From a virus, in IMG/VR virus record IMGVR_UViG_3300020595_003017, positions 32,001-96,000 of that record: 64,000 nucleotides of DNA. The stretch is one strand, 5' to 3'. A model generated the notes under the pieces. That model did not search any database. It was given only the letters and a program-made list of their open reading frames with translations, and was not told where the DNA came from. This document shows positions 19,346 to 27,998 of this stretch, one piece after another. A program made the translations under genes and the position numbers. Positions within the stretch are counted from its first letter, which is position 1, and each line of letters begins with the position of its first letter.

Positions 19346-22300
19346 ATGACTAACCGAATTGAAAGCAAGATCCCATTCGTGGGATTACATGCTCACTCAG
19401 GACTCTCACCGTTTGACGGACTGGGAATGCCTGGGGAGCATATGGACTTCGCCTACGAGAACGGGATGAACGCCCACGCCCTGACCGACCACGGTCACAT
19501 GAACGGGCTCTCGTTTCAGGTGGAGCACTTAAAGAAAATGAAGGAGGGCGGCAAAGACTTCCGAGCCATCTACGGATGTGAATCTTACTTCATTAAGTCC
19601 CATCGTAAATGGCGTACAATGTACGAGGAGCACAAGGCTAACTCCAAGAAGCAGAAGAAGGAAGAGTATGGGATGGTCATCGAGGATGAGGACCGACAAA
19701 AGAAGTTCAACCCACTCAACCGACGAAGCCATCTTGTGATGGTCGCTCAGAATCAGACAGGTCTAAATAACTTATTCAAGCTAGTGTCCGATAGTTATCA
19801 GCCTGAAAACTTCTATCGCTATCCTCGTATGGATTTTGAGATGCTAGACAAATACAACGAGGGGCTTATTATCAGCACCGCTTGTATGTCTGGCCCATTG
19901 TTTGGAGACTTCTGGAAGAACCGAGACAAGAGTCCAGACCATGTACTCTCCGCTATGCGGGATACCATTGCTCAGTTCAAGGAGATCTTCGGCGACAGGT
20001 TTTACGGAGAGGTCCAGTGGAATGATATTCCCGAGCAGCATCTCGGCAACAATTATATTATCCAAGCCTGTATGGAAATGGGAGTAGAGGTTATCAGCAC
20101 AGCCGATAGTCATTACCCACGACCAGAACTTTGGAAAGAGCGAGAGATGTACAAGCGCATCGGCTGGGGCGGCAAGATCCCAGCCTGGGCTGAAGGCGGC
20201 AATGGTCTTCCCGATTCGGTTGATGAGGTCGGCTACGAACTCTACCCGAAGAATGGCGACCAAATGTGGGAGAGTTACAAGAGTTACTCTGCCAAGCATC
20301 GCACAGAGTACGACGATACTTTTGTCCGTGACTCAATTGAGCGTACACATCACATTGCCTTTGACCGCTGTGAAGACTTCCTTCCTGACAGCACCGTCCG
20401 ACTCCCTGAGTTCGTGGTACCTGAAGGCAAGACAGCCATCCAGGCTCTGACCTCTGACGCTCTGGCGGGAATGAAAGAAAAGAATATCACAGACCCAGAG
20501 TATGTGGACCGCTTGAAGTATGAACTTAATATTATCAAGGAGCGAGGCTTCGCTCAATACTTCCTGACGATGAAAGCCATTTCAGACAAAGCCCAGGAGG
20601 AAATGCTGGTAGGCCTTGGACGGGGGTCGGCTGCCGGCTCGCTCCTGTCATATGTTCTGGACATCACACAGATTGACCCAATCAAATATGCTCTCCAGTT
20701 TGAGAGGTTTCTGACCAAGGGCGGCAAGGGCTACCCCGACATTGACTTTGATGTTGAGGAACCAATGGAACTGAAGCAGCAACTGGCAGAGGAGTGGGCT
20801 AAGATCGGCGTGAACGTTGTTCCCATCAGCAACTTCAACACACTCCAGTTGCGTTCACTTATCAAAGACATCGGTAAATTTTATGATATTCCATTCACCG
20901 AGGTCAACAAGGTGACTGGTGTGATGATGGCGGAAGCCACCCCTCTAGCCAAGAAGGCTCACGGGCAGACTGCCGGTGTCTACACTCCCACATTTGATGA
21001 GGTAAAAGAATACAGTGAAACACTCCAAGCATTTTTCCAGAAGTACCCAGAGGTTGCTACTCACGTTGATCACTTGTTCGGCAATATGCGGAGTATTTCT
21101 CGGCACGCTGGTGGGGTTGTTGTTGCGGAGAACCTTGACAGGCACATGCCCCTGATCAACTCCGGCGGTGTCATCCAGACCCCCTGGAGTGAAGGTCAGA
21201 ACGTCAGACACTTAGAACCCCTCGGATTCATTAAGTTCGACCTGCTTGGCCTGTCAACTCTTCGTATGATTTCGGGAGCTATCCGTCACATCCTTAAGCG
21301 CCACCAAGGCATTGAGGAGCCGACCTTTGAACAGGTCAGAGATTATTATAATACTCATCTCCACCCGGATACCATTGACTTTGATAATCAGCAAGTCTGG
21401 AAGGAAGTATTCCACGAGGGCAAGTGGGCTGGCATCTTCCAGATGACCAATGGTGGAGCCCAGCGGTTCTGTCAAGAAGCCCAGCCAGAATCTCTTTTGG
21501 ACTTCGCTGCTGTCACGGCTATCTTCCGCCCTGGTCCACTTAGCGCCAAGGCTCACAGCCTGTACGTCGCAAACAAGACCAACCCTGACCAAGTACATTA
21601 CGACCACCCAATCATCAAAGAAGTGCTCGGAGAAACCTATGGTCTTTTAGTCTTCCAAGAGCAGTTAGCTATGCTCGCCCACAAACTCGGCAAGGACCTC
21701 TCGCTGGATGAGGGCAACCTTCTCCGTAAGGTCCTGACCAAAAAGGGAACAGGGAAAGATAAAGTAAAAGATAACCTGTACAAGAAGTTTGTAGCCGGCT
21801 GTGCCGAACACGGATTGTCCAAAGAGGTTGCCGACAAGCAGTGGGCAAACATGGAGTTCTTCTCAGGCTACGGCTTCAACTTGTCGCACGCCGTGTCCTA
21901 CGGAGCGGTATCCTTCCAGTGTGCGTGGCTCAGTCATTACTACCCAGTGGAGTGGATGGCTGCGTTCTTGGACAAGGAGCCAGAAGACAAGAAGGCAGGG
22001 GCAATTAACACAGCCAAGTCCTTTGGCTTCGAGATCGTCCCACCCAGTATCAACAAGTCAGGACGAGTGTGGGAGATCGGTGAAGATGGCAACACTTTGA
22101 TTCAGCCGCTTGCCGGCATTAAGGGTCTGGGCGACAGTGCCATTGATCAGATTGTAGCCAACCGACCTTTCAATAGTATTGAGGAGTTTATCTTCAACGA
22201 GAATATTACATACTCCAAGCTCAATAAGAAAGCCTTGGATGTTCTGGTCAGAAGCAAAGCCCTTGACGAGTTGATGGACGACAGGTTCACAGGACTGAAA

Positions 22301-22762
22301 CACTTCTGGTCAGCCGTTGCCGTGGATAGGCCACGCAAGGAAAAGAACCTGATTGAAAACATTGACCTCTACGCTCCCGAAGGAGACTTCTCCGAGGAAG
22401 AGAAGTTGGAACACTTCGCATCGCTCACAGGGATCTTCCCCATCCACGAGATTATGCCACAGGAAATCCAAGACAACCTGATGACCCGTGGCTGTCCGCC
22501 CATCAGCGAGTACGACCCTGACCTCAAGCTGGTCTGGTTCATTCCAAGGGAAGTAAAAGTAAAGAAGACAAAGAACGGCAAAGAATACTGGGTCATCAGC
22601 ACAACCGACAGTAACGCCTTTGATGCGAACATCCGCTGCTGGGGTGTGAGAGAAGATGACAAAATCTCTCTTAATAAAGTATACATTGCTAACTTAGACT
22701 ACAATGAGAAGTGGGGATTCAGCACCCGCTCTATCAAAAGAAGTTTTAGAAGATTAACTTAA
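19346..22762 (+). CDS. dnaE: DNA polymerase III alpha subunit
   Basis: PHP domain LHAHS/LTDHG/TADSHY; GRGSAAGSL; YPDIDFD; SRHAGGVV; KFDLLGL; YGFNLSHAVSY; no intein visible. Confidence 0.97.
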   Translation: MTNRIESKIPFVGLHAHSGLSPFDGLGMPGEHMDFAYENGMNAHALTDHGHMNGLSFQVEHLKKMKEGGKDFRAIYGCESYFIKSHRKWRTMYEEHKANSKKQKKEEYGMVIEDEDRQKKFNPLNRRSHLVMVAQNQTGLNNLFKLVSDSYQPENFYRYPRMDFEMLDKYNEGLIISTACMSGPLFGDFWKNRDKSPDHVLSAMRDTIAQFKEIFGDRFYGEVQWNDIPEQHLGNNYIIQACMEMGVEVISTADSHYPRPELWKEREMYKRIGWGGKIPAWAEGGNGLPDSVDEVGYELYPKNGDQMWESYKSYSAKHRTEYDDTFVRDSIERTHHIAFDRCEDFLPDSTVRLPEFVVPEGKTAIQALTSDALAGMKEKNITDPEYVDRLKYELNIIKERGFAQYFLTMKAISDKAQEEMLVGLGRGSAAGSLLSYVLDITQIDPIKYALQFERFLTKGGKGYPDIDFDVEEPMELKQQLAEEWAKIGVNVVPISNFNTLQLRSLIKDIGKFYDIPFTEVNKVTGVMMAEATPLAKKAHGQTAGVYTPTFDEVKEYSETLQAFFQKYPEVATHVDHLFGNMRSISRHAGGVVVAENLDRHMPLINSGGVIQTPWSEGQNVRHLEPLGFIKFDLLGLSTLRMISGAIRHILKRHQGIEEPTFEQVRDYYNTHLHPDTIDFDNQQVWKEVFHEGKWAGIFQMTNGGAQRFCQEAQPESLLDFAAVTAIFRPGPLSAKAHSLYVANKTNPDQVHYDHPIIKEVLGETYGLLVFQEQLAMLAHKLGKDLSLDEGNLLRKVLTKKGTGKDKVKDNLYKKFVAGCAEHGLSKEVADKQWANMEFFSGYGFNLSHAVSYGAVSFQCAWLSHYYPVEWMAAFLDKEPEDKKAGAINTAKSFGFEIVPPSINKSGRVWEIGEDGNTLIQPLAGIKGLGDSAIDQIVANRPFNSIEEFIFNENITYSKLNKKALDVLVRSKALDELMDDRFTGLKHFWSAVAVDRPRKEKNLIENIDLYAPEGDFSEEEKLEHFASLTGIFPIHEIMPQEIQDNLMTRGCPPISEYDPDLKLVWFIPREVKVKKTKNGKEYWVISTTDSNAFDANIRCWGVREDDKISLNKVYIANLDYNEKWGFSTRSIKRSFRRLT

Positions 22763-22772
22763 AGTAAATATA

Positions 22773-22964
22773 ATGGAACGATGTAAACTATTTAAAACTA
22801 AGAAGACCTATCGCATACCGGTCGGATTAACGGGGGTGGTTCTAGATACTTTAGAATCATTCCCTCAACTTAAAGTTGTTGCCATTAAGTATGATGTTAG
22901 CGGTTGGAAGTTGTCTGTGATAGCCGAGAAAGATCTTGAATATTTAGAGGACCAAAATGATTGA
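22773..22964 (+). CDS. small hypothetical protein, possibly SH3-like
   Basis: PVGLTGVVLD...EKDLEYL; overlaps the next start. Confidence 0.45.
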   Translation: MERCKLFKTKKTYRIPVGLTGVVLDTLESFPQLKVVAIKYDVSGWKLSVIAEKDLEYLEDQND

Positions 22965-23517
22965 CGGAAAGAAATTAATTAAAAACGAAAACGATTGTTA
23001 CAATTGTGGCTGCAATTTAAAACCAGTCTGTCCAGACTATGAAGGAGACAAGATGGAAGTAAGAGTAGAGCGACTTCACGAAAACGCTAAGCTGCCTGTG
23101 CGGGCACACCCGACAGATGCCGGCATGGATTTATTCTTTTGTCCAGAGCCTAAGCCGGAATTAAAAAATCAAATCGAAACAGTCCTTCCTTTTGGATCGT
23201 CAGTGATTCCCACAGGATTAAAGATTGAAGTTCCAGAAGGGTACATGCTGGAGATTAAAAACAAATCTGGAATCGCCTCAAAGCGTGGGCTGTTAGTTGG
23301 TGCCTGTGTTGTAGATCGTGGGTACACAGGAGAAATCTTTGTGAACCTTCATAACGTGACACACAGAAACCAAACTATCCACGATGGAGATAAGGTTGCC
23401 CAAGCTGTCTTCGTCAAAGTTGACACCGATATTAAATTAGTGGAAACAGAAAAGGGTATCTACGACGAGGACACTAGTCGTGGCGACGGCTCTTTAGGAT
23501 CCACAGGTGACAGATAA
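22957..23517 (+). CDS. dut: trimeric dUTPase
   Basis: DAGMDL, KSGIASKRG, VVDRGYTGE, KVAQAV, RGDGSLGSTG; alternative start at 23053 with a GAAGGAG RBS. Confidence 0.95.
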   Translation: MIDGKKLIKNENDCYNCGCNLKPVCPDYEGDKMEVRVERLHENAKLPVRAHPTDAGMDLFFCPEPKPELKNQIETVLPFGSSVIPTGLKIEVPEGYMLEIKNKSGIASKRGLLVGACVVDRGYTGEIFVNLHNVTHRNQTIHDGDKVAQAVFVKVDTDIKLVETEKGIYDEDTSRGDGSLGSTGDR

Positions 23518-23618
23518 TTTTTGGCAATATATTAAAATATCTTAAAACCTGAATGCCTCCGAAAAAATCTTCCTCCATATTTTCCAGATTTTTAGATTTT
23601 ATTTCACGAAGATAAAAC

Positions 23619-23646
23619 TTGACAGACTCTCTTTCCATGATAATAT
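23619..23646 (+). promoter_or_regulatory. early promoter cassette copy 1
   Basis: AAAAC-TTGACA-16-TAATAT, then AGGAGAGAG RBS and ATG at 23666. Confidence 0.8.
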
Positions 23647-23665
23647 AAGATATAAGGAGAGAGTT

Positions 23666-23893
23666 ATGCATGTCGGTGACAAAGTAAAACTTACAGGCAT
23701 CACCCAGCACGGCAAAAATCGTGTTCGTGAACAGAGTGATGTCTGGGAGGTTATCCGCATGAGTCCCACAGTTTCATTTAAAACATCTGCCTCTGGTCCG
23801 TTTATGTTGTTGCAGGCCACCAAGGGTATCCATATGCGCTGGGTTTCCACCGTCAACGACGACAACTTTTCAGTAGAGGTTATTGATGAGTAA
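23666..23893 (+). CDS. SH3/KOW-like microprotein
   Basis: MHVGDKVKL...FSVEVI. Confidence 0.7.
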   Translation: MHVGDKVKLTGITQHGKNRVREQSDVWEVIRMSPTVSFKTSASGPFMLLQATKGIHMRWVSTVNDDNFSVEVIDE

Positions 23894-24095
23894 GAATGAG
23901 TGGCGTAAAGACTTGAAGGTCGGGGACCTCGTGATGATGAAGAGCGGCGGGATGGCTATCCTTACAGAGGTGTTCTTTCGGTTTCCAGAAACTGACCCAT
24001 CCTATCCCCATATAAAGATGATTTATTGTGATGACAACACACCAGGCAGTTGTAGCGCCTGGCGAGTAGAGGAACTAATCAATGCAAGTCGGTGA
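23886..24095 (+). CDS. SH3/KOW-like microprotein
   Basis: LKVGDLVMM...VEELINASR. Confidence 0.7.
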   Translation: MSKNEWRKDLKVGDLVMMKSGGMAILTEVFFRFPETDPSYPHIKMIYCDDNTPGSCSAWRVEELINASR

Positions 24096-24255
24096 TTTGG
24101 TAAAACGACACGAAGGCTGGCAAGGCTGGAAGCGTCAGCAACTCGGGCTCGTAGTAAATGTAGACCGAGCCGTTATCAGAGTTCAGTGGTCTGGCGACTA
24201 CGGAACATTTTCTCACCCTATCACGTCGCTGGAGGTGCTCAATGAAAGAAGGTGA
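24082..24255 (+). CDS. SH3/KOW-like microprotein (57 aa, not in ORF track)
   Basis: MQVGDLVKRHEGWQGWKRQQLGLVVNVDRAVIRVQWSGDYGTFSHPITSLEVLNERR, translated by hand. Confidence 0.75.
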   Translation: MQVGDLVKRHEGWQGWKRQQLGLVVNVDRAVIRVQWSGDYGTFSHPITSLEVLNERR

Positions 24256-24394
24256 TTTGGTTCGCATGGATGGCCAAACGGGAGTTATTGTTCTCGCTTG
24301 GGGCGTCATGGATGTTGTAGAGGTGCTCTGGGACGATGGGGAAACCAGAGGTCAGAACACCTGCGAGTTGGAGTTGCTCAATGAAGCCCGGTGA
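24242..24394 (+). CDS. SH3/KOW-like microprotein (50 aa, not in ORF track)
   Basis: MKEGDLVRMDGQTGVIVLAWGVMDVVEVLWDDGETRGQNTCELELLNEAR. Confidence 0.75.
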   Translation: MKEGDLVRMDGQTGVIVLAWGVMDVVEVLWDDGETRGQNTCELELLNEAR

Positions 24395-24545
24395 TTTGGT
24401 AAAATATAAAGGCAACGGAAAATGCTATCTGGTATCCGAGGTACGAAAAATTAAAGGTGAGGTAAGGTACTTCCACTTGGACACCTTCCATCCCCAAAGA
24501 GTTTTCTATTCAGATGATGTGAAGGTGATTAATGAAACCAGGTGA
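24381..24545 (+). CDS. SH3/KOW-like microprotein
   Basis: MKPGDLVKYK...VKVINETR; ATG at 24381 after a GGAG RBS. Confidence 0.75.
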   Translation: MKPGDLVKYKGNGKCYLVSEVRKIKGEVRYFHLDTFHPQRVFYSDDVKVINETR

Positions 24546-24720
24546 CTTGGTAAGAATCTCAGATTGGGATTCGGTTGGGGGTTGGAACCCCATCGGTCTT
24601 GTTTTATCTTATCCTGAAGTAAAGAATCACGGGACAACCTCTGTCCTTGTTGACTGGCTTGAATCGCCCGACACAGAATATTACTCAGTCCATCATTTGG
24701 AAATCATCAGTGAAGGCTGA
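24532..24720 (+). CDS. SH3/KOW-like microprotein
   Basis: MKPGDLVRIS...IGLVL...VLVDW...LEIISEG. Confidence 0.75.
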   Translation: MKPGDLVRISDWDSVGGWNPIGLVLSYPEVKNHGTTSVLVDWLESPDTEYYSVHHLEIISEG

Positions 24721-24931
24721 CTTTGAATATCAACTTGGCGACCTCGTATCTTTCAACCCAAGGCGACTGACGGAAGAATATATTAATGATGTTGTCCTGA
24801 CTGGCGTTGTAATCAAGCAGCGTTTAGTTTTCACTGCGGACAATAAGTTCTTGGTGCGAACCCCCGAAAGAGATTACTGGGTTTCAAGACCACGCCTAAC
24901 TTTACTTTCGAGGGCACAAAATAAAACTTGA
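24710..24931 (+). CDS. SH3/KOW-like microprotein
   Basis: GTG start; YQLGDLVSF...TGVVI...LTLLS. Confidence 0.65.
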   Translation: MKADFEYQLGDLVSFNPRRLTEEYINDVVLTGVVIKQRLVFTADNKFLVRTPERDYWVSRPRLTLLSRAQNKT

Positions 24932-24955
24932 CAAACACTCTATCCATAGTAAGAT
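24928..24955 (+). promoter_or_regulatory. early promoter cassette copy 2
   Basis: AAAAC-TTGACA-16-TAAGAT, then AAGGGAGAGAG-TT-ATG (24976). Confidence 0.75.
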
Positions 24956-24975
24956 AAGTTGTAAGGGAGAGAGTT

Positions 24976-25131
24976 ATGTCGGTTCAAGACCATATTGAAA
25001 ATATTCTCAACGCCGAAGGTCAAGAGTGTCTTGACGCTTGGTATGTTGCCATCAACGAGTATCCCCAAAATGCTATGGAAATTCACGATGTGGTTGTTGA
25101 CCACCTCGTTGAAAATACCTTCTTGTATTAA
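24976..25131 (+). CDS. 51-aa hypothetical protein (not in ORF track)
   Basis: MSVQDHIENILNAEGQECLDAWYVAINEYPQNAMEIHDVVVDHLVENTFLY; follows the cassette RBS; the track ORF 24995..25189 is in another frame. Confidence 0.7.
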   Translation: MSVQDHIENILNAEGQECLDAWYVAINEYPQNAMEIHDVVVDHLVENTFLY

Positions 25132-25142
25132 GGGAGAGAGTA

Positions 25143-25337
25143 ATGATTACGGCAGCAGGTTTCGGGATGGGCGCTCTAGTCAACTTTGAGTGGAAGCTGG
25201 ACAAAGAGTTGGGTATGATTGTGCGTCAAAGCAGAGGATACTTTTGGATGGTCAAACGTCTTAGCGACGGCAAGAACCTACTCGTCCCCGAGCGGGATAT
25301 GGAAGTGCTCAGTCCAGCCAGGCCAGCGGCTATTTAA
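25143..25337 (+). CDS. SH3/KOW-like microprotein
   Basis: FGMGALVNF...LGMIV...MEVLS; GGGAGAGAG RBS. Confidence 0.65.
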   Translation: MITAAGFGMGALVNFEWKLDKELGMIVRQSRGYFWMVKRLSDGKNLLVPERDMEVLSPARPAAI

Positions 25338-25340
25338 AAC

Positions 25341-25368
25341 TTGACAAGCACCCTAGACGTGGTAATAT
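25341..25368 (+). promoter_or_regulatory. early promoter cassette copy 3
   Basis: AAAAC-TTGACA-16-TAATAT, AGGAGAGAG RBS, ATG at 25388. Confidence 0.8.
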
Positions 25369-25387
25369 AAGGTACAAGGAGAGAGAT

Positions 25388-25633
25388 ATGTTGTACGGAA
25401 AAGAGTTAGCCCAATCAATCCAGAAACGCTGTAAGATTCAGCCAGGGATGCTGGTCAAGTCCTCGGCGGGAACCGAGGTAAACAAAATTGCCCTCGTTGT
25501 CCGGTTGTCTCCAGCCTGTGAGTTTGACCGAGATTATGAAGGATCAGAGGATCACATCTTTTATATCTGCGAGCCTTGTGATGGAACGCCAGCCTTCTCG
25601 GACTATGTAACGAATATGGAACAGGTCTCATGA
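25388..25633 (+). CDS. SH3/KOW-like microprotein
   Basis: IQPGMLVKS...IALVV...MEQVS. Confidence 0.65.
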   Translation: MLYGKELAQSIQKRCKIQPGMLVKSSAGTEVNKIALVVRLSPACEFDRDYEGSEDHIFYICEPCDGTPAFSDYVTNMEQVS

Positions 25634-25803
25634 AACTCGGAACCCTAGTCCAGTTCGCCGCCTACGGGGCGGTCATGGATACTGGCTATGTTTCAAAGTA
25701 TGATGAGGACCCAAAATTCATGTGGGTAGAGTGTGTGAAGATGGGACCTCAGCGGGTCAGCAAAGACAGCACGATGTTGGAGGTGCTAAGTGAAGCCGGG
25801 TGA
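25630..25803 (+). CDS. SH3/KOW-like microprotein (57 aa, not in ORF track)
   Basis: MKLGTLVQFAAYGAVMDTGYVSKYDEDPKFMWVECVKMGPQRVSKDSTMLEVLSEAG. Confidence 0.7.
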   Translation: MKLGTLVQFAAYGAVMDTGYVSKYDEDPKFMWVECVKMGPQRVSKDSTMLEVLSEAG

Positions 25804-25987
25804 TTTAGTCCGCATCAGAAAAACCTCAATTGACCACATGTCGGCCAATTGGTTTATCTGGCACGCAGAACACAAGACCCCGCTGGTTTTGATTAAAGAA
25901 CTAAACAAAAGTTATTGGAATGTACTGAAGCCTGATGGCGAGACTGTGTTCATTCACAAAAGCCACTTGACGAAGAGAATGTATTGA
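25790..25987 (+). CDS. SH3/KOW-like microprotein
   Basis: GTG start; KPGDLVRIR. Confidence 0.7.
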   Translation: MKPGDLVRIRKTSIDHMSANWFIWHAEHKTPLVLIKELNKSYWNVLKPDGETVFIHKSHLTKRMY

Positions 25988-26178
25988 TGGAACACAAATT
26001 ATATAATATCGGAGACTTGGTAGCGGTTGCTTCCAACCGAGTGCTTGGCATCATCACCAAGTCCAACTACTGGGCTCTTGATGAATATCTCGGTGGTGAG
26101 ATTGAGATGGTGGATGTGATGTTCGGCTCCTCGGTTTCCAAGCAATACCCAGTTCAATATCTGGTGGAGATGAGATGA
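25984..26178 (+). CDS. SH3/KOW-like microprotein
   Basis: YNIGDLVAV...LGII...VDVMF...LVEM. Confidence 0.7.
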   Translation: MMEHKLYNIGDLVAVASNRVLGIITKSNYWALDEYLGGEIEMVDVMFGSSVSKQYPVQYLVEMR

Positions 26179-26396
26179 CCAGAGTTATCACATACCGACC
26201 CGAAGTCGGCGACATCGTGAAGTATCATATGTTTGGCTGCCGTGATAAGGTCGGCGTAGTTTTGGGAATAGAAAAAAAAGAAATGAACTACACATCCTGT
26301 AAGGTAGTTGAGGATGGTTGCTTAGTGTCTTTTAATAATAAGCCCCCCGTGTGGGAACCATTATATTCTTTGGAAAAGGTTGATGGTAAATACTGA
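26175..26396 (+). CDS. SH3/KOW-like microprotein
   Basis: PEVGDIVKY...VGVVL...LEKV. Confidence 0.7.
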   Translation: MTRVITYRPEVGDIVKYHMFGCRDKVGVVLGIEKKEMNYTSCKVVEDGCLVSFNNKPPVWEPLYSLEKVDGKY

Positions 26397-26589
26397 TTTA
26401 AAAATAGGCACACTGCTCCGAGTGAGAGAGCACTGCCGGAAAAATATCACCATCCGCAACAACGGCGAGTATGGTATTTTGGCACTAAGTGCTAACGGAA
26501 AATATATTACACACGATGTATTATTTCCCAACGGAACCAGATGTATTTATATGCCCTTGAATTGGGAGGTTGTTAGTTATGCGGGATAA
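26380..26589 (+). CDS. SH3/KOW-like microprotein
   Basis: LKIGTLLRV...YGIL...DVLF...WEVVS. Confidence 0.65.
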   Translation: MMVNTDLKIGTLLRVREHCRKNITIRNNGEYGILALSANGKYITHDVLFPNGTRCIYMPLNWEVVSYAG

Positions 26590-26836
26590 GATGTGGGAAG
26601 TTCAACAGCCCGGAACTCTTTTGCGAGCACGCAGTAGCCATCAATATGGTAAACTGGCTTTAGTCCTTCAAGAGGCTTATGCTGGACCTACGCCAAGCAA
26701 CGGCTATCCTCCCCGCCAGTATGTGAAGATGCAGTGGCTTGCCACTGGCGAGCGGTTTGAAGAAATGTTAACAAATGCTCATAATTGTTTTGACATTGTG
26801 GGTTCCTGTGATACACTAGGACCTGAGGAGAACTGA
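26579..26836 (+). CDS. SH3/KOW-like microprotein
   Basis: QQPGTLLRA...LALVL...VKMQW...FDIV. Confidence 0.6.
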   Translation: MRDKMWEVQQPGTLLRARSSHQYGKLALVLQEAYAGPTPSNGYPPRQYVKMQWLATGERFEEMLTNAHNCFDIVGSCDTLGPEEN

Positions 26837-27039
26837 TGGCTATCACACCCAAGTTCAAGCCAGGGCAACTGGTAGAGTATGCTGACCCTGACTGGTCACT
26901 TGTTGGTCTGGTCAAGTCTACACAATTCGCCCGTCGCCGAGGTGACCCAGTTTTTGTGCTGGTCCAGTGGTGTGGAAAGTATCGGAACAATGAAGAATAT
27001 ATTCCCCAATCAGAACTTAAACTAGTGGAGGGTTCATGA
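26836..27039 (+). CDS. SH3/KOW-like microprotein
   Basis: FKPGQLVEY...VGLV...VLVQW...LKLV. Confidence 0.7.
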   Translation: MAITPKFKPGQLVEYADPDWSLVGLVKSTQFARRRGDPVFVLVQWCGKYRNNEEYIPQSELKLVEGS

Positions 27040-27563
27040 ATATTTTTGCTATCGAAGGCGATGAAGAGACAGGACAGATTGACTGGGAGAAGTCAGCACA
27101 GTCTCAAGACAACTTGCGGGTCGTCAAGATGATCCTAGAGTCTTGTCAGATCATGTCAACAGTTATCAACGAGCAGGGGCTCAAAGCTCCCTACCGTTCG
27201 TTCAATCCCAAGCACCCATCGTGCCTATGGGCTGCTGAGTCGGCAAGTAACTATATGAATCTTGCTTTGCACTGCCAGGCTATGATTGATGAGTACGAGC
27301 ATCGCTTCAACAAGACTCACAAGTGCCAAGCGGTTCTCAAGACTCTTATTGAGTTGTTTGACCCTGGCTTGTTTCCATCCATGGAGTGTACCCCGCTCCG
27401 CCTGGCCATGCCTGACGAGTTTCGATCAGACAATCCTGTAGTATCTTACCGCAGGTTCTATGCTTCTAAACCACGTTTGCGCTACCCAGTTGACAAAATC
27501 CCACAATGGGTATATGATTATCGTACTGAACCATTTGAAGTAGTTGAAGGAGAAAAAAGATGA
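27036..27563 (+). CDS. pyrimidine-dimer DNA glycosylase family protein
   Basis: MNIF...VVKMILESCQIMS...HPSCLW...NY...EYEHRFNKTH. Confidence 0.75.
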   Translation: MNIFAIEGDEETGQIDWEKSAQSQDNLRVVKMILESCQIMSTVINEQGLKAPYRSFNPKHPSCLWAAESASNYMNLALHCQAMIDEYEHRFNKTHKCQAVLKTLIELFDPGLFPSMECTPLRLAMPDEFRSDNPVVSYRRFYASKPRLRYPVDKIPQWVYDYRTEPFEVVEGEKR

Positions 27564-27727
27564 CAACTGAATGGAACCCCAGCACCACTGTGATGAACAC
27601 CAAGACCAATGAGACGGGTCGTTTGTTAGGCCAGTTTTTTAGAAAGGGTGAGCGATGGTGGACTGTCTATTGGGAAAGCGGCGAGACCACAGCCGAGTGT
27701 GAGAAAGAAATGCTTGGTGATGAGTAA
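27560..27727 (+). CDS. 55-aa hypothetical protein, possibly SH3-like (not in ORF track)
   Basis: MTTEWNPSTTVMNTKTNETGRLLGQFFRKGERWWTVYWESGETTAECEKEMLGDE; overlaps both neighbours. Confidence 0.55.
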   Translation: MTTEWNPSTTVMNTKTNETGRLLGQFFRKGERWWTVYWESGETTAECEKEMLGDE

Positions 27728-27998
27728 GAAGCATTTAAAGAAACTTAAGCGAGCCAAAAAGAAAAAGAAAGATAAAAAGGTTTCCGAAGAGCAGCAGCGA
27801 CATCTAGCTAAACAGATGAACATGTTTGATAGGTTGCCTGATTCTTGTTCGGCTTGCAAAAAAGAGTTCCCTAAGACCCGCCAGGCACACACAACCTGGA
27901 AGGTCGTGGTGAGGACAGAAAAACAGCAAGTGAGACTTTTTTGCCCAGAGTGTCAGAAATTAGCCAATAAGTTGGCGGAGGAACAAAATGAAGTTTAA
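27720..27998 (+). CDS. basic Zn-finger protein
   Basis: CSAC...CPEC with a Lys-rich N-terminus. Confidence 0.6.
   Translation: MSKKHLKKLKRAKKKKKDKKVSEEQQRHLAKQMNMFDRLPDSCSACKKEFPKTRQAHTTWKVVVRTEKQQVRLFCPECQKLANKLAEEQNEV

Noticed and set aside
24995-25189. Track ORF of 64 aa
   Set aside because: The cassette RBS points to the ATG at 24976 in another frame, which gives a 51-aa ORF ending just before the next RBS
23666-27039. Diversity-generating retroelement or integron as the driver of the SH3 array
   Set aside because: No reverse transcriptase, template/variable repeat pair, tyrosine integrase or attC-like palindromes in the window
27648-27720. N-terminal extension of the Zn-finger ORF given in the track
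   Set aside because: This stretch is occupied by a 55-aa ORF (27560..27727) in another frame; the ATG at 27720 is the coupled start
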